Of a stretch of DNA of 64,000 nt, positions 62,995 through 64,000 are shown in pieces (the first letter of the stretch is position 1; each line of letters begins with the position of its first letter). Below the pieces are notes generated by a model. The model saw only the letters and a program-made list of their open reading frames with translations. It was not told the origin of the DNA and ran no database searches. This DNA is from Amphiscolops sp. MND2022 (Eukaryota), in NCBI GenBank assembly GCA_964187785.1, contig OZ076409.1, positions 61,134,001-61,198,000 of the forward strand. The letters run 5' to 3'. A program made the position numbers and the translations under genes.

Positions 62995-63471
62995 TTAGTG
63001 GATTTTCCTCAGATACAGGCCTTTACTATTAGTTCTTGCGTTTCTGCCTTTACTCGACAAACCTTCGCGAAGCCCTTCGGCTTTGTATAGGTCCTTTCCT
63101 TGATGTACAAATTTAATGACCTCGGGTGCAGTTGCAGCAATTAATCGTGGATTTTTACTTGCTGCTGCAGTTCCAATATTTGCTGCTATTTCTAGTGCAC
63201 GGCCTGGGTTATTGAGTATTTTTTTTCCAACGTTTTTGCCCATTTTGCCCAAATGTTTAAAGAAGTCACCCAATCCTTCCCCATCTATTGTTCGCTCTGA
63301 TACAATTAGACTCTTATTTCTGTTACACACTATGCAGTTGCCGCGTAGTGTGTGTACGGGCCTACCAATCCGTATCACAGTGTTTGTTGTTTCTCCATAA
63401 ATATTTGTGGTGGGAGAATAATGTTTTCCACCAACACAATATGAATTATTTATAAATTTATTATAACTCAT
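62995..63471 (-). CDS. Polinton zinc-ribbon plus amphipathic-helix protein (candidate membrane-lytic virion protein)
   Basis: YCVGGKH..CIVCNRNKS then GEGLGDFFKHLGKMGKNVGKKIL. Confidence 0.65.
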   Translation of the reverse strand: MSYNKFINNSYCVGGKHYSPTTNIYGETTNTVIRIGRPVHTLRGNCIVCNRNKSLIVSERTIDGEGLGDFFKHLGKMGKNVGKKILNNPGRALEIAANIGTAAASKNPRLIAATAPEVIKFVHQGKDLYKAEGLREGLSSKGRNARTNSKGLYLRKIH

Positions 63472-63489
63472 TTATTATTATTAAAAGTA

Positions 63490-64000
63490 TTAAATTTTGA
63501 TAATTTGAATTGTGATGGTGAGTGTCTCCCCGTTAAAATCAACTGAATCATGATTAGAGTCCTCAAGGAAAAATTGAATGGTGTCCAGTCGTGTTTTGTT
63601 TATCAGCTTGTACAAAACACTTGTGGGTTCTTTTATAATTTTAAATCCGGGAGGTGCGCTTAAATTGAAAGAAAATAAAATTTGTTCTCGTATACCATTA
63701 ACAATTGAACCATCTACGCAGTCGCACTTCAGATGAACTTTGTCCGTGGTTGTTATCATGACTGGTTTTTCTGAAGTGTGAGTTCCGGATGGGTAATCAC
63801 GTTGTGTAAAACCCAGGACTTTGTTAAGTTCAGATTTAAAATGAATAGGGTTTGAGGTTGTTAAAACTGATTTCATTGATATTGTGTCGGGTATTATGTT
63901 GAATTCAATACTTAAAACTGTAAGATCTTTTTTTAATTTTGACTTATCATCTAATTCATAACCTGAATCAGTAATTATTTGTTTTATGGTATTATTTATT
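63490..64000 (-). CDS. Polinton minor capsid (penton-like) protein, 5'-partial
   Basis: LGF, KVHLKCDCVDGSIVNG, LFSF....PGFKIIKEP..VLY, DFNGETLTITI beta-rich signature. Confidence 0.78.
   Translation of the reverse strand, partial: INNTIKQIITDSGYELDDKSKLKKDLTVLSIEFNIIPDTISMKSVLTTSNPIHFKSELNKVLGFTQRDYPSGTHTSEKPVMITTTDKVHLKCDCVDGSIVNGIREQILFSFNLSAPPGFKIIKEPTSVLYKLINKTRLDTIQFFLEDSNHDSVDFNGETLTITIQIIKI

Larger units (their letters stand above)
18464..64000. mobile_element. Polinton/Maverick (adintovirus-like) element, degenerate; right end outside window; interrupted at 29714-62186
   Basis: AGTAGT terminus, pPolB, DDE integrase, A32-like ATPases, major and minor capsid-like ORFs; intronless AT-rich genes. 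Confidence 0.92.

Overview
AT-rich eukaryotic (animal-like, spliceosomal introns) DNA made almost entirely of nested mobile elements. From left to right: (1) the 3' part of a Ty3/Gypsy LTR retrotransposon (integrase end of pol, about 8.6 kb extra region carrying a 7-exon antisense gene of about 1084 aa, and a 2.25-kb LTR at 10066-12312); (2) a cluster of Helentron/HINE-like non-autonomous repeats (12313-15148); (3) one host exon (stum/SPEC3-like, minus strand); (4) a 317-bp palindrome; (5) a second LTR fragment (16777-18463) interrupted by (6) a decaying Polinton/Maverick (18464 to beyond 64000: pPolB, major capsid, integrase, two packaging ATPases, minor capsid). One Polinton gene is split by (7) a 32.5-kb element (29717-62184) bounded by perfect 21-bp inverted repeats. 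This element encodes a spliced SET-domain / Ala-Lys-Pro repeat / tyrosine recombinase / Myb-like fusion, a zinc-finger-JmjC demethylase-like gene, two orphan paralogues and many satellites that share one 13-bp motif. This giant chromatin-modifier-carrying tyrosine-recombinase element and the intron-containing antisense gene in the LTR element are the most notable systems. All family assignments come from motif recognition by eye; no searches were run, and exon models are manual.
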